From assembly GCA_951406725.2 (NCBI GenBank), contig OX597817.1:4898001-4962000 (forward strand): a stretch of 64,000 nucleotides of DNA, written 5' to 3'. Shown here one piece after another: positions 26,076 to 40,055 of this stretch. Numbering within the stretch: the stretch's first letter is position 1; each line of letters opens with the position of its first letter. A program made the position numbers and the translations under genes. The notes below the pieces were generated by a model that was not told where the DNA came from, did not search any database, and worked only from the letters and a program-made list of their open reading frames with translations. This stretch comes from Octopus vulgaris. Its lineage: Eukaryota.

Positions 26076-29000
26076 CCTGTGTCTATAATCAGGTAAAAAA
26101 CATTATATAAATATGTAAATGCATAACAAAATTATAGAGGAAAAATGCAACTATAGAGCGAAGTATATTTTTAGTGTTAATTTTTAAGATAAATGGTAAG
26201 AAACAAACGAATATGTTTGCTTTAAGTTCACAGTGGTAAGATTTCAATGTGGATCTCGAATCATTTTGGCCACTTGTCATTTTCTCTAACTTCTGTATGA
26301 CCTATAATATAGATCTTATAATTTGTGAGCGAAATAGAATAGTGAAGTCACATCAACTAAGGAGGTCCGTCGGGAGGTTGGTGTCTAATTTACAAGCCAT
26401 GGTTTGGCACATTATGTGTAACACTGAATTACGTTAGAATAGTTAGAATTACATTAGTATGGTTTGTTCAGCTTCTAAACGGTAAATCAGGATCAGAATA
26501 TTCATTCTTAGGATCATATGGAATCTAGTCTCAGAGTGACATAGATATATTCCCCACCACCACCACTAACACATTCACGTTACACACGCACAAACATATA
26601 TATTTATATAGATATTTATATACTCACGTATGTATGTGTGTATGCGCGCGGGCACGTGTGTGTATTTCTACATTAAGAATTCGTAATTGAATACATCTTT
26701 TATAGATCAGCTCAATTCGTTATATGACTAAAGTATTACTGAAATTTATCCAGGAAAGAATTTTATTCAGCATAAAGATGTAAGCAAAAAATGAATATCT
26801 TGTAGAGTGATATTGAGACAAGAAGTGCAAACCTGCAAAGGAAACAATAAAAAACCACAGGATGTAGAATGATTATATGAATGAAATGTTTGCCGATGCT
26901 CTATAGAATTTATTGGGTATTTGACATGGTAAAAACCTACAAAATTGATTTATTGCCTAACGAAACACGAATTATGTGACAAAGACATTTAATAACCAAA
27001 AACGAAATCTATTGCAACAGAAAAACACTGTTAAGAACTGAACGGAAATCCCTTAGAATTTATAATTAATACAGGAGTAGACAAAGCTGTGTGCACAGGC
27101 CAAATTAAATATATACAAGGAAATGTTCATAACATAGATATAGCATGTATAGTCATGAATCATGGATCGCCTACACATCTACTTCCGTTGTAGAAGTGCG
27201 ATAGGAAGATTGCCGATTGAATCTATGAAAACCGAGAGCCATATATATACAGAAGACACTGGCTTATTAATTTCTAATAAAAATTATCACTGCATTACCT
27301 TGTATGGCAAAAATGGGATCTTTAGAATGGAAATAAATGTCCTTAAACCAAATGAGTAGTAATCAGCCAGGATGAAGTAAACAAGTATAAATATTACAAT
27401 TGCTAGAAAGCCAAACGAAGAGCAAAATTGAAACACAAAAAAAAAGAGAAAAAAGAGTAAAAAAACCCCAGAAAACGTGAAGGAGGAATCAAAAGCTAGT
27501 TTGAAATTGCTAGAAAGCTATTTAGAAATTTACCAAAGATAGTATCATCAAGAACAATTAATATAAAATATAGAAAAGTTTAGAATCATACAAATTGTTA
27601 AAAAAACGCTGATTTTACGAAAATATGTTCGTAAAGTAAATTATAAACAATTTAGATGAGGAAAAATGTATGAGTAGAAGTATCATAAACTTAGAAATCT
27701 ATATTAGATATTACTAAAATGAGAAAATGAAATTAAGCATTTCGTAGATTAATAAAATCAAGACCTAAATAAATGTAAAATAAACCAAATGTATAAGTGC
27801 AGCGCAAGAAACACAAAATGCTGAGTTCGAGTGAGAATCTGATGATAACGACGAGATGTGACGATAATGATGATGTCGACTCCGATGTCAGCGATGATGA
27901 CGATAACGTCCTATTTCTTTTTGAATCTACTATATGTATTTACCTGCTTTCTTAGTCGGCATTTATTTTCGAAGAAAAACATTTCTGGTCTTCTTGGGCA
28001 CTGAAAACACTCCCAATAGGACATCTACAAAAGTGAGTGAATGTGTAAGCGATCCGAGATATGTGACTATATATGCTACTTCTTTCATATTGTGAAATTG
28101 CGTAAGTGGAAGTAGTTGATTGTTGCAGATGTCCGTTATTACCTCAACCTACTCAAACAACTGCTGTTTGTGGTCAGATTGATTAGACACCTGGAGACCG
28201 CCGTCGGATGATCAGCCTTCTTCTATCGAGTCAGAATTCATAACCACTCATAATGCGAGATGAGACCAGAGGAGTTAGAGCTGCGATACTGCATGATAGC
28301 AAGTCTTATCTACATGCAACCTTTTGCTCTGAGGTATGCGATTCCGTTTGAAACCTGGAAACTGTTCGTTGAAACCCGAAAACTCCTTTCCTTTCCACAC
28401 TTCCATAGCAATTAAATTACATAATAGGACCCACAGAAGAGAGTTACTTGTTTTATAAAAACCATACTTTTTTAAAACTCAATTCTTCCTTGTCATAAGT
28501 AAGGTAAACATTAATGTAAACTCGTGTCTAGTAACATTTGTACTATCGGCAGCTTGTATTCCTCTACTGACAGGTAGAAACATTTCATTGGTATCAGCAG
28601 GCATTTTAGGCTTTGCAATAATTGATATTTTGTGTTAATTGCACATAGAAAGCGCATCGGATTAAGACATTTTTTCTTTTTGTCTAAAAATCATTCAACA
28701 ACTTCTGCCACAATTCTACGATGATACGTCAATCTATATTGGAAAGAACTGGCTACAGTTTCATATATGGACATTCGAAGCAGCCTCCGTTTGAAACGTT
28801 TTCCAAGGGTTTTATTATCCACTATTAAAATAACATGCTACACAACTGATCAGACAGGTAGCTACTTTAGACTATATTTTTTCTGAATAAAGATTACAAA
28901 GGCAAATGTAAGCAATCATTTGTTGAAATCTGTCTACAAAATATTTACTAGCTGAAAATACCAGCCATCTTTGTATCAACCATATTTTCTGCTTCAAATT

Positions 29001-29174
29001 AGGCCACAAATATGTATCGGGGAGCAGAAAATGCATATCAATAGAGATATAAATCTTTCCCCGAGACTTCGATTGGTAATTTATGTAGATCAAGTTACGA
29101 TTGCGCTAGTAACGTCTGCTGCTGTAAGGAAACCTGTCTTGATTCAGTTGATTCAATATACAGAGGAATATTTC

Positions 29175-29219
<45 letters not shown>

Positions 29220-29229
29220 CATACATATC

Positions 29230-29371
<142 letters not shown>

Positions 29372-29463
29372 ATAGGCCCCTTGTTCTTGGCAGTTATTTT
29401 ATTCCTAATATAACCAGGATAACCAATTTGATTTTACTGGTTTATAGAGGCTGTAGAAAAGCA

Positions 29464-29567
<104 letters not shown>

Positions 29568-29797
29568 ACTGCTTGAGCTAACAGAAGTAACAGCCAAATG
29601 AACCTCAAATTACAAATGCATCTGTATCTCTGCAAGCGCTGGTTTGCGACGTATAATACTTACACACAATCATATCAACAGACAATTGTTGTTATTTACT
29701 CCCACATTTTGATTGCGCTGTGTTTTGAGAAACTTCTACATACGTAATTAAGCCTATATATAAGTGAATATACCATCACACATACAAAAACATGCAC

Positions 29798-29828
<31 letters not shown>

Positions 29829-30509
29829 CAATACAAACATACGATATATTTAGCGCAGGGATTTTTATAATTGCTTGAATTTTGTATTGTATCATCTCCG
29901 CTTTGTACCAGAAAACAATTACTAAGCCAAAAGAAATGTATACCGTGCTAGAGATTAAACTAATTATATACCTGTAGGTAATGAGCCACAGTAATGAACG
30001 CTAGTAATAATATGTGTGTATTTGTGTGCGATGTGGTTGCCAATTTGTTCTTATCAGTTCGTGGGTTTGCCTGTAGATTACGCTATATATATCGGCTTTC
30101 GGGAACCTGTGCTGAAAGACAAGGCAAAGTAATTGGATTTGAAAAAAATTTTTACTTGGATTTAAAAGAATGATAAAAACAAAAGTGCATAAATTACTAT
30201 ATCATTAGAATTAATTGGCAAAATTAATCACTTTTGTAGAAACACTTTTTAATGATGACAGATGACTTTGGACTATATTGCGTTATATTTCAAAACATTG
30301 GTTCAAAAATGTATCCTGAAAAAGAAATGCAACATATTTTTTACTCAAACTAATGAGTCAGCAACGAACTCTAATGCAATCAGTTGAACCGCTTATTATG
30401 ACTGCATCCATCATAAATGAAACCTCAAGTTATCATTTACGTAAGAGCTCTCTATTCAAAAGTAATCCATATAACGACAGTAAAATATTCCCTATAATGA
30501 TAACGGTGT

Positions 30510-30985
30510 GGCTGCAGATAAAAATATTGATTTCAAATTTTAGCACAAGGCCAGTAAATTGGGGGAGAGTGGGGTGAGTTGATTACATTGAACATGTAGC
30601 GTAGAGAAATAGATGGACATAGCAATGACGTGACAGGCTCTCAGTCTAATCGACTAAGAAGCGAAAAGCTGGGTTAGCAAACTGTTTTTATTAATGGAAC
30701 GCTAGACATTCTAGAAACTTTCAAGAAAAACTCTAAGTTTCTTGAATAATTAAGAATCACGTCTTATGCCACAGATGCTTCGATAGACTTAGAAAAGGAG
30801 GGTTACTCTATGATCTTTCTTGCAACGGTGATCATTCAACTATTTAGGTACCTACAGCACTACAAACATAAGAGAGTGGAAGGCAAAGTCGACCTCGGTG
30901 GAATCTGATCAACAAGCGTAAAGACAGACGGAATACCGCTAAGAATCTTGCCCGTCGGGCTAACGATTCTGTCAACTCACTGCAC
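30510..30985 (-). mobile_element. degenerate SINE interrupted by a solo LTR
   Basis: gcacaaggcc..gattacattga resumes at ggaaggcaaagtcgacctcggtggaat..ctaacgattctg. Confidence 0.65.
30595..30864 (-). mobile_element. 270-bp solo LTR (Gypsy-like by TSD length)
   Basis: TGTAG...CTACA termini; 4-bp TSD aaca at 30591-30594 and 30865-30868; aataaa on minus near 30690. Confidence 0.75.
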
Positions 30986-31231
30986 CCTGTCGATAAAAAT
31001 ATTAAGAGATGCCTTTCATTTATATTTTATATGGCTCAACTAGAATTTTACGGACGGTGTCTTTTCCAAGACTAGTGCGGAAAAGTGAGACTCCAATGAC
31101 TGAAACAGGGTGATCTCCGCTTAAAGGAAGAAGAAATAAATTGGTGTTGTTAAAGCGAATGACATGTTGAGTCTACCATGAAATAATAGGCCATATCTAC
31201 CCGACAGACGACTGCACCATTTATCCACTGA

Positions 31232-31620
31232 TGTGGAGGCGCAATGGCCCAGTGGTTAGGGCAGCGGACTCGCGGTCATAGGATCGCGGTTTCGATTCCC
31301 AGACCGGGCGTTGTGAGTGTTTATTGAGCGAAAACACCTAAAAGCTCCACGAAGCTCCAGCATGGGATGGTGGTGATCTTTGCTGTACTCTTTCACCACA
31401 ACTTTCTCTCACTCTTACTTCCTGTTTCTGTTGTACCTGTATTTCAAAGGGCCGGCCTTGTCACTCTCTGTGTCACGCTGAATATCCCCGAGAACTACGT
31501 TAAGGGTACACGTGTCTGTGGAGTGCTCAGCCACTTACACGTTAATTTCACGAGCAGGCTGTTCCGTTGATTCGGATCAACCGGAACCCTCGTCGTCGTA
31601 ACCGACGGAGTGCTTCCATT
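31232..31620 (+). mobile_element. young full-length tRNA-derived SINE (octopus OR-type)
   Basis: A-box tggcccagtgg, B-box gtttcgattcc, (ttcca)n tail; near-identical reverse copy at 44528-44908. Confidence 0.92.
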
Positions 31621-32355
31621 CCATTATCCATTAGAGATGACGCAAGGAGACCTATGAAAATATAACCTTAACTTTTAGTTCTTAGTTTATTGGTTTATAA
31701 CATTGTTCGTTTATAAAACTGAAGTATTGTCTGTAAAAGTCAACTGAGTACCGAGATATTAAAAGAACTAGCAGCCGATATGCGGTAATCTATTTTGAAT
31801 TGTCTTTATGCCAACAACAACCGAATCTGAACATCAAATACAACATACGATTAAATGGAATCTGCTGAGTTGCGTTATTTTGCTGTGTGCTGCATTAGCA
31901 CTTAATAAATAACGAGCGACTATCCATATTTTTTCGATCATGCATTAGAGGAAAACACTATCTGTACTACAATTTATTACAAAGATTTTGTACTCCAGTT
32001 TCATAAAAACAAGAAATTAAGAAAACAGCCTCACAATATATTATCCAATTAAGGGTGCTGAATAATTAGAATGAACACCATCCTTCCGAAATCTATATTA
32101 TTTCGAGACTAGCTTCTAACAAAATTTCCTATGAATTATAGCAGAATAGTTAGTATATATTCAAAATAAGAGAAGGACTGTATAGAGTGTTAATGAATCT
32201 GGTACCATGATTTCAGAACTGTTCTACATATTTTACAGTGTACATCATTTCTACTATGTTCCATAACGTTAACCTTGAATCTCAACGGTTATATATGTTT
32301 TTAAAATTTATAACTATGCAATACATGTGTTGACATACTTTAGAATTCCACGAAT

Positions 32356-32393
<38 letters not shown>

Positions 32394-32398
<5 letters not shown>

Positions 32399-32794
32399 AT
32401 TAGTGAATGGAAGAAATGGAGTTGAACGAAGATTGTACAGAATTCCTTTTATTACATTCTACACATGTTTCAAAGGCCACAATTTTCCAAATTCTGATTA
32501 AATAAGGATACCATATTGCAGCTGCAATATGGTATCCTTATTTAATCAGAATTTGGAAAATTGTGGCCTTTGAAACATGTGTAGAATGTAATAAAAGGAA
32601 TTCTGTACAATCTTCGTTCAACTCCATTTCTTCCATTCACTAATTATATTAAACTTCAATTATCCGCACCAACGCACGGTTGCAACACCAAATGGTCTTA
32701 TCTCCAACCGTGTTTTTTCTGCTGTGATTTTTGCTACCCAGGTATCGGTTAAACTTTTGAATAATCTGTAACAAGAAAATTCATCTTTCCATTT

Positions 32795-32800
<6 letters not shown>
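32394..32800. mobile_element. Penelope-type pLTR fragment with a perfect 256-bp palindrome (32394-32649), in (TA)n
   Basis: palindrome centre ttgcag|ctgcaa at 32521/32522; holds the hammerhead 3' half GAAACATGTGTA; similar to 51466-51740. Confidence 0.8.
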
Positions 32801-32858
<58 letters not shown>

Positions 32859-32989
32859 TTCTCACAGACATGATAGAATAGACATCACATAATACATCTA
32901 ACAACATGCTTATTTTACCTTACAAATTTATATATTTTTTATTAATAGGCATTTTTATGTTTCATGTTATATATGTGACTGTTTAATCA

Positions 32990-33930
32990 TCTCAAGCGTA
33001 AAAGAATGCTTGGAACTGTCTGAATTTCAAAGATGTCGTTTTGTGGGTCAATCTGAATGTGAACTTAGCGTAAAATCGCAGAAAACATTGGGGTCCTGCT
33101 TTCTACAGTTAATAGAATGCAATTCACAAGAGAGGGTAAAGAGTCACATCACCTCGCCCAGGTTGACCAGGGCTTTCTGACAGGACCCTTCGCTTTGTTA
33201 AGAGAAGTGTTGACAATAATCCCCAACTTAAGGCTTCTGACATAGCAGAACAAGTAGATGTCAGTCCCAAAACAGCTGTCAGGCTTTTCCACAAACTTGG
33301 ATAATATGACAGAGTAGCAAGAAGGCAGTCACTTCTACCAGGCAATATAACGCAGACTGGGCCAGTGAGATGGGGGAGAGGCCATTAGAATTTTGGGACA
33401 CTCTCATGTTCTCTGATGGGTCCAGATTTGCAGTAGTTTGTGAGACTGGTCAAGTGGGCGTCTGGAAACTGTGATCATGAATTAGACGTGATGCTCTGAG
33501 GAGCAATTTGGAACAATGATCGATCAGAACTGGTGGAGTGTGAGGGAAACACAAACACAGATAAACATGTGTTCAAATTGCAGAACGTACCCTTTCCAAT
33601 CTTTTCCAGTTGTGACATGATTAAAGAAGTCTATTTATGGAAGATGGTACTGCTTGTCACACAACTAAAAAGACCGAAGACTGGTTGGAAGAGAATGATA
33701 TTAAAAAGCTAACATAGCCAAGCCAGTTACCAGATATGAAACCCATTGAACACCTGTGGGGCATCATGTACAGGACATTTCACAAAAGTATAAGAAAGCA
33801 TGCTCAAAGCTAGATTTCCAGAGATTTCTACAAGAAATCCCTCTTGAGAATATTCATCATCTGATCAGTAGCATGTCTAATAGGGTGCATGCATTGAAAA
33901 ATACAAAGGACTTAATGAATAATTTGAGTG
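32990..33930 (+). pseudogene. Tc1-like DD34E transposase relic
   Basis: HTH region (NPQLKASDIAEQVDVSPKTAVR), FWDTLMFSDGSRF, GAIW, FMEDGTACHT, PSQLPDMKPIEHLWG; stops and frameshifts. Confidence 0.85.
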
Positions 33931-34229
33931 TATTTTTTCAGATTTAAATAAATTTTGTTTTAACGATTATAATGGTGTCTCTTCACTTCTTTCTTTTTTC
34001 TATTTCCTTTGTATACTTATCAACATATTTGTAAATAAACATATTTATTTTCTCACAAGGGCTGGTGACCTTTAACATTGCTTTTATCATTTAAAAAAAA
34101 GAGAATGAGAGAGAGTGAAAGAAAAGCAAAGCAGGAGTAATAGATAGATAGATAGAGAGGGAGGTTTCAGGACATTCAAGAAAGAGGAGAATAAAAAACA
34201 ACAGCAACAACAGCAACAACAACAACACA

Positions 34230-34817
34230 CAATCCACCTCCAGTGCTTGAAAATGACGACATCTCACTCCTCTGGAACTTCACCATTCAAACTGACAGAA
34301 AGATAGATGCAAATAGGCCAGACATCATATTGAAATACTTCAGACAAAGAACATGCCTCCTCATTGATATAACTGTCCCAATCGATATAGACGTATCTGT
34401 CAAGACATACTAAAAACTGAGCAAATATAAAGATCTTGAAATAGAAATCAGCAAAATGTGGAACTTGAAGACTAAAACAATACCTGTTGTCATAGGTGCC
34501 CTGGGAATGATAGCGAAAGGGGCTGATTGCTACCTAACTCAGATACCAGGAAACCCCAAAATGGCAGAGATTCAAAAGATTGTACTCATGGGAACTGCTC
34601 ATATCCTACGGAAAACACTCTCTATGTAATCCCAAGGTTTAAAACAAACTTTTTTTTAAAATCTATGTATTAGACATTCACTAGTACAACACCAACAAAA
34701 AACCAAATATATGGCACACTAGGCATAACAACAACGTGAACATCCAACCTGTTGTCTCTTGAGGTCTCTGGGTGAGACTTGGAGCCAACTTATACAGACA
34801 TAAAGCAAAAGTCAAAC

Positions 34818-34820
<3 letters not shown>
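34230..34820 (+). mobile_element. 3' fragment of a second R4/Dong-like LINE ending at (TAA)n
   Basis: LLWNFTIQTDRKIDANRPDIIL..LLIDITVP..KLSKYKDLEIEISKMW..IPVVIGALG..GTAHILRKTLSM stop. Confidence 0.88.
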
Positions 34821-34859
<39 letters not shown>

Positions 34860-34898
34860 TGATGATGATGATGATGATGATAATGATGATGATGATGA

Positions 34899-34932
<34 letters not shown>

Positions 34933-34974
34933 AACAACAACAACAACAACAACAACAATAACAATAACAATAAC

Positions 34975-35026
<52 letters not shown>

Positions 35027-35027
35027 G
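34820..35027. repeat. compound trinucleotide microsatellite TAA/TGA/CGA/CAA/TAA
   Basis: direct inspection. Confidence 0.95.
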
Positions 35028-35028
35028 T

Positions 35029-37158
35029 AACACGCACCTGGACGAAAACAAACTGTTCCCAGAAGAGCAGAAAGGATGCCGCAAAGGCTCATATGGCTGT
35101 AAAGATCAACTAATGATTAATAAAGCCGTAACTGAAGACAGCCACAGAAAGAAGAAAGGCCTCAGTATGGCCTGGATTGACTACAAAAAGGCGTTTGATA
35201 GCATCCCCCACACATGGATCCTCGAAACACTAGCCATTAACAAAGTAGCACCAACAATCATAAAATTCATAGAGCACTCTATGAATAAATGGCAAACAGT
35301 CCTACACCTCCAAACAAAAAAGGGACTCATGAAAACCAAAGACATCCCCATTAGAAGAGGAATATTTCAGGGAGACACGCTCTCTCCACTCCTTTTCTGC
35401 TTGGCACTGTCACCTCTATCTGATATGCTAAATAGAACTGGATGCGGATATAAATGTTACGCAAAACGATCAGCCACCTTTTATATATGGATGACCTAAA
35501 ACTATACGCTGCAAATGACAAACAGCTGGAAACAATATTAAAGACAGTTCATGGATTTACCAAAGAAATATATATGAAATTTGGATTAGAAAAATGCGCC
35601 AAAGTAACCATGAAAAGAGGAAAACTAGTTAAGAGTAACAACATCACACTAGATAAAACCAATGAAATAAAAGAATTAGACCAAAGCCAAACTTACAAAT
35701 ACTTAGGAATCCATGAACTAGATAAGACACAACACACACAAATGAAAGTGAAAATAAAAAAAGAATATTATAGACGAGTTAGATCAATACTAAACACAGA
35801 GCTCAATGCTAAAAACAAGATAATAGGTATCAACACTTTAGCTGTCCCAGTTATAAGTTACAGCTACAATATCCTTAACTGGACACGAAATGAACTGACC
35901 AAAATAGATAGGAAAACAAAAAAAATAATGACAGGATCTAGGATGCATCACCCAAAATCTGACATAGAAAGACTATATATACAACGTATATATAGAACTG
36001 GATGCGGATATAAAGAGGCCTTATACAGCTGGAAAACTACTATAAAATAACCACCATAGGACTGCAAAAATATCTACTTCAGAAGGAAGGAAAACTGATC
36101 CAGATAGCGGCAAAACACGAGCAAAACAAAAAACTGTTCTCAGTATTTAAGGAAGCTGACAAATACAAACAAGAAATCATACCACCTAATAAACATGAAG
36201 AAGAAGAAGAAGATGAAGAAACAACAAAAGCTATAAAACAAATGAAAACCAAACTAAAAATAGAACAGCAACGAACCATGATAAAACGATGGCAAGAAAA
36301 GCCCCTTCATCGTAAATACTGGACTAAACTAAACGCAAAAGAAATAGACAAAGAAAAATCCCAGCAATGGTTGAGAAGCTCAGGACTCAAAGCAGAAACA
36401 GAGGGATTTTTAATTGCAACACAAGACCAAAGCCTCCCCACCAGAAATTACCAAAAACATGTAATGAAAAGAAATATTACAAGTAACTGCAGAATATGTG
36501 GAGATGGACAAGAAACAATAAATCACATTATCTCTAGCTGCCCAGTCTTGGCTAAGAAGGAATATATTCACAGACATGACAGAGTTGGAACCTACATACA
36601 TTGGAAGCTATGCCAACATTATGGAATAACAACAGAAAAAAGATGGTATAGGCACACACCAGAAAAGGTCACAGAAAACGAGAAAGCAACCATACTCTGG
36701 GATATGCCGATACACACAGATAGAGAAATTAAGGCTAACAGACCAGATATAGTTGTCAGAGATCATGAAGAAAAAAAATGCTTTCTAATTGATGTATCAA
36801 TACCGGCTGATGACAACGTGTCTCTAAAAGAAATGGAGAAACTCTCAAAATACAAAGACCTGGAAATAGAGGTAACTAGAATGTGGAATCTGAAAACAGA
36901 AACAATTCCTATCATAGTAGGTGCATTAGGCATGATAAAAAAATATTCAGACAAATACATAACAAAAACACCAGGACTTACAAACACATATAACATACAG
37001 AAAATTGCACTACTAGGCACTGCACATATCCTACGCAGAACACTTTCCATACAATAACCATCAGAGCATCACAACAAATCACAGCACATACCCAAGGCAC
37101 ACAGAGCTATGCTCGGTAGTGAAGTGAAAGCACGCTATAAAAATAAAAAAACTGAATA
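35029..37158 (+). mobile_element. 5'-truncated R4/Dong-clade non-LTR retrotransposon (RT, CCHC, RLE) in (TAA)n
   Basis: EQKGC, WIDYKKAFDS, GIFQGDTLSPLLF, YMDD, CRICG..ETINHIISSC, RHD, NRPDIV, IDVSIP, KLSKY; frameshifts near 35460 and 36000. Confidence 0.95.
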
Positions 37159-37226
<68 letters not shown>

Positions 37227-37569
37227 GGATGGGGAAAAGGTAGATAGACTAAGAGAGAAAGAGAGAGGATTCTTTTCAACTAGGTGTGGTCAATTTATTG
37301 AAATCTCATTTCCATTTTCCTTTCTCCTTTCTTTTATTTTTACTTATTCCATTTTCTCACAAGGGTTGGTGACCTTTCAAAGGTGTCAATCTTAGGATGC
37401 AGGCTGGAAGAAATCAGAAAAGGTGGTGGATGCCGCCATCACTGAAAAATAAAAAAGAGTTGAAACTCCTATGATGATGTATATTCTTTCACAATGTGCA
37501 GCCAGGTGCCATATTCTGTGTAATTCTGTTTTGTATGGACAAATGTTAAGTACCAGTACATTCATAAAT

Positions 37570-37800
37570 TAGTCATATTTAACAAAAAAACACGGACACG
37601 CACCAATATTTGAATTTCTATTCTTGCCATCGCTCACATCAAAAGGAACATCCCATACAGCATAGCCAGTCGTATTTGCACTATAGCGATTTACCTCAAA
37701 TTAGTCAAATCCAACCTACAAAGCAGAAATACCCCTTAGAATTAATGAAGGAGGGAATAAAACAGGCTACGAAACTGAGCATTGCGCTACTAAGTACAAC
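37570..37800 (+). pseudogene. Penelope RT-thumb relic
   Basis: KNTDTHQYLNFYSCH..IKRNIP parallels KPADSQQYLLFSSCHPKHTKTNIP in 41165-42136. Confidence 0.6.
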
Positions 37801-38199
37801 CTCTCAATCTATTTCCCTATCCCGCTTTGCTTTCTTTCTCTCTCTGTCTGTTTTTCCCCCCCAAGAAAGCAATATTCTCTACTTCTAAGCAAAACAAAGT
37901 AACAACCGATTCACATAAATGAACAAGGAAGCTTCCAGTTTTTATCATTTTGATTTTGATGGTCTTGACTTAGTAAATGAACAAAAACGCTAGTAAAGGA
38001 TTATCCAAAATTCTGACTGCCTCCTCTTTTACAATATACAATATATGTACTCCACTTTATACGCTCTATACATACATACATACATACATACATACATACA
38101 TACATACATACATACATACATACATACATACATACAAACACACACACATACACACACACACATATATATATATGTACACATATAAGCTTTGGCCAAAAG

Positions 38200-38415
38200 A
38201 CACCTGACAGTAAATCAGAAACATTTAATTCCAAGATTCGTTTATGTTTAACAACGGAATGAATTTGATAAAAGCATCTAAATATGCAACATGATGAAAA
38301 TTGTTCAAACTGAAGTCCTCCTTGAGCGACACACTTTTCCATTCGAGTCAATACACAATTACGGATAATATTTATGGAATTTTGAGTTGCTGTCGGGTGA
38401 CTTTTGGCAGAATTA
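38200..38415 (-). mobile_element. 3' end of a Tc1/mariner-superfamily transposon
   Basis: minus translation NCVLTRMEKCVAQGGLQFEQF is typical of a transposase C-terminus; flanked by microsatellites. Confidence 0.55.
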
Positions 38416-38459
38416 TTGTGTGTGTGTGTGTACACACACAAACATATATATATATGCAT

Positions 38460-38493
<34 letters not shown>

Positions 38494-38576
38494 ATATATA
38501 TATATATACATATATGTGTGTATATACGCATATATGTATGTATTTGTATATGTACATATATATATATATGTGTGAT

Positions 38577-38757
38577 GGATGACCACTAAGTGGGCATCCA
38601 TTATGCTAGAGGTAGACCCTATATGGTCTGACCACTGAGGAAAGATCGTTCTCAAACATTCAGTAAACGCAAGAACGTAGGCGAGCAAGACAAATGAAAA
38701 GATACAAAATATAAAGATTAATCACAAACCCAATGGATCTCCACTTAGTAGTCATCC
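38577..38757. mobile_element. MITE with ~26-bp TIRs
   Basis: ggatgaccactaagtgggcatccatt ... aatggatctccacttagtagtcatcc. Confidence 0.7.
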
Positions 38758-39728
38758 CTGCTATATGTATGTAATGTAGGTTTTCTGAATTTTCAGATGT
38801 TTCAATATGTTAGGCCACAGGGTGTTATAAAAGCCTACCTAGTATTAGGCTACTAGTAGCACGAATCGTTAAATGACGTTTGTCTCTAACTCGGTGCAAT
38901 ACTTCTTCCTTCGTCTTACCTTGATGGAATCGGGTTCGATTCGTTCCTGTAACTTTGCGTAAGGTGGTACAAGCTGGGACAAGTATAAAATGAAGATAAT
39001 AAAATGGTAATGTTTTGAGGAAAACTTTCAAAGAGTCGAGGTGAGAAAATATGTAAAATTTGTAAAATGATACTAATAAATAAAGACAAAATACAAGCTA
39101 TTATAGATATCAACAAAATATTACATCGAAACATATAGGTTGCTTAATGTTTCTATTATATTGTGGGAAACTGTCACCTTATCAAATATAGGATAAAACA
39201 TAATGAAAAAAGTTTGGAGAATATATTTTATTATCGGCAGGCCAGAACATCGCACATTTGCTTAGCGATAATTATACTTTTCTGTGGAGAATTGCATTAT
39301 TTCTATCTTATATTTAATGCTTTCCCGAAATATAATACAAACATTAAACAGCGTATAAAGAGTGTTGCAATAATATGTCTTTGTCTAACTTTATGGGCAT
39401 CAACTTTATTGCATAACTTTTAATTTATATTGCCTTAAACATTTTCGCAAAAATATTCATTTCACGGAAATAACTGTTCATCATTTAATTCAAGAAGCTG
39501 ATTCAGCAGATAATCCAGTTAGTGGGTGGTTTAAGAGGAAACAGAAGGAGAAAGTGGAGAAATATAAACAGGAAAAAAGAACGATGCATATTCTATGATC
39601 GATCGCTATAATATCAAACTGAAATGCAATAGTATGGGTCAACCCAGCGTATTAACGGTTACACATTTACAATGGTTTAATTCTAAAATAATTGAAGTGC
39701 AATATGGAATTGATGTGAAAATATAAAA

Positions 39729-39829
<101 letters not shown>

Positions 39830-39864
39830 CGTATATATATATGTATGTATATATACATGTATAT

Positions 39865-40055
39865 ATAACGGGAAGCTTTATGAAAATAAACAAAAGACGA
39901 AAGCAAGTGGAATATAAACAAACAATTGTATTAGTATGGCGCTTAGGAATATAAATAAAACAAGTGTTTTACGTTTCGAGCCTACGCTCTTCAACAGAAA
40001 GATACACAGAAAAGAAACACAGAAAGAAACAAGGAGAGAAAAAAATGCATGCAGA
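39865..40055 (-). mobile_element. Penelope pLTR fragment abutting (TA)n, family of 1420-1580
   Basis: minus strand tgaagagcgtaggctcgaaacgtaaaa matches 1459-1486. Confidence 0.7.

Noticed and set aside
26700-27800. A-rich stretch resembling a decayed LINE
   Set aside because: No motif could be read with confidence
31235-31310. tRNA gene (also 44835-44905)
   Set aside because: The tRNA-like head runs into a SINE body and tail; the second copy has a TSD
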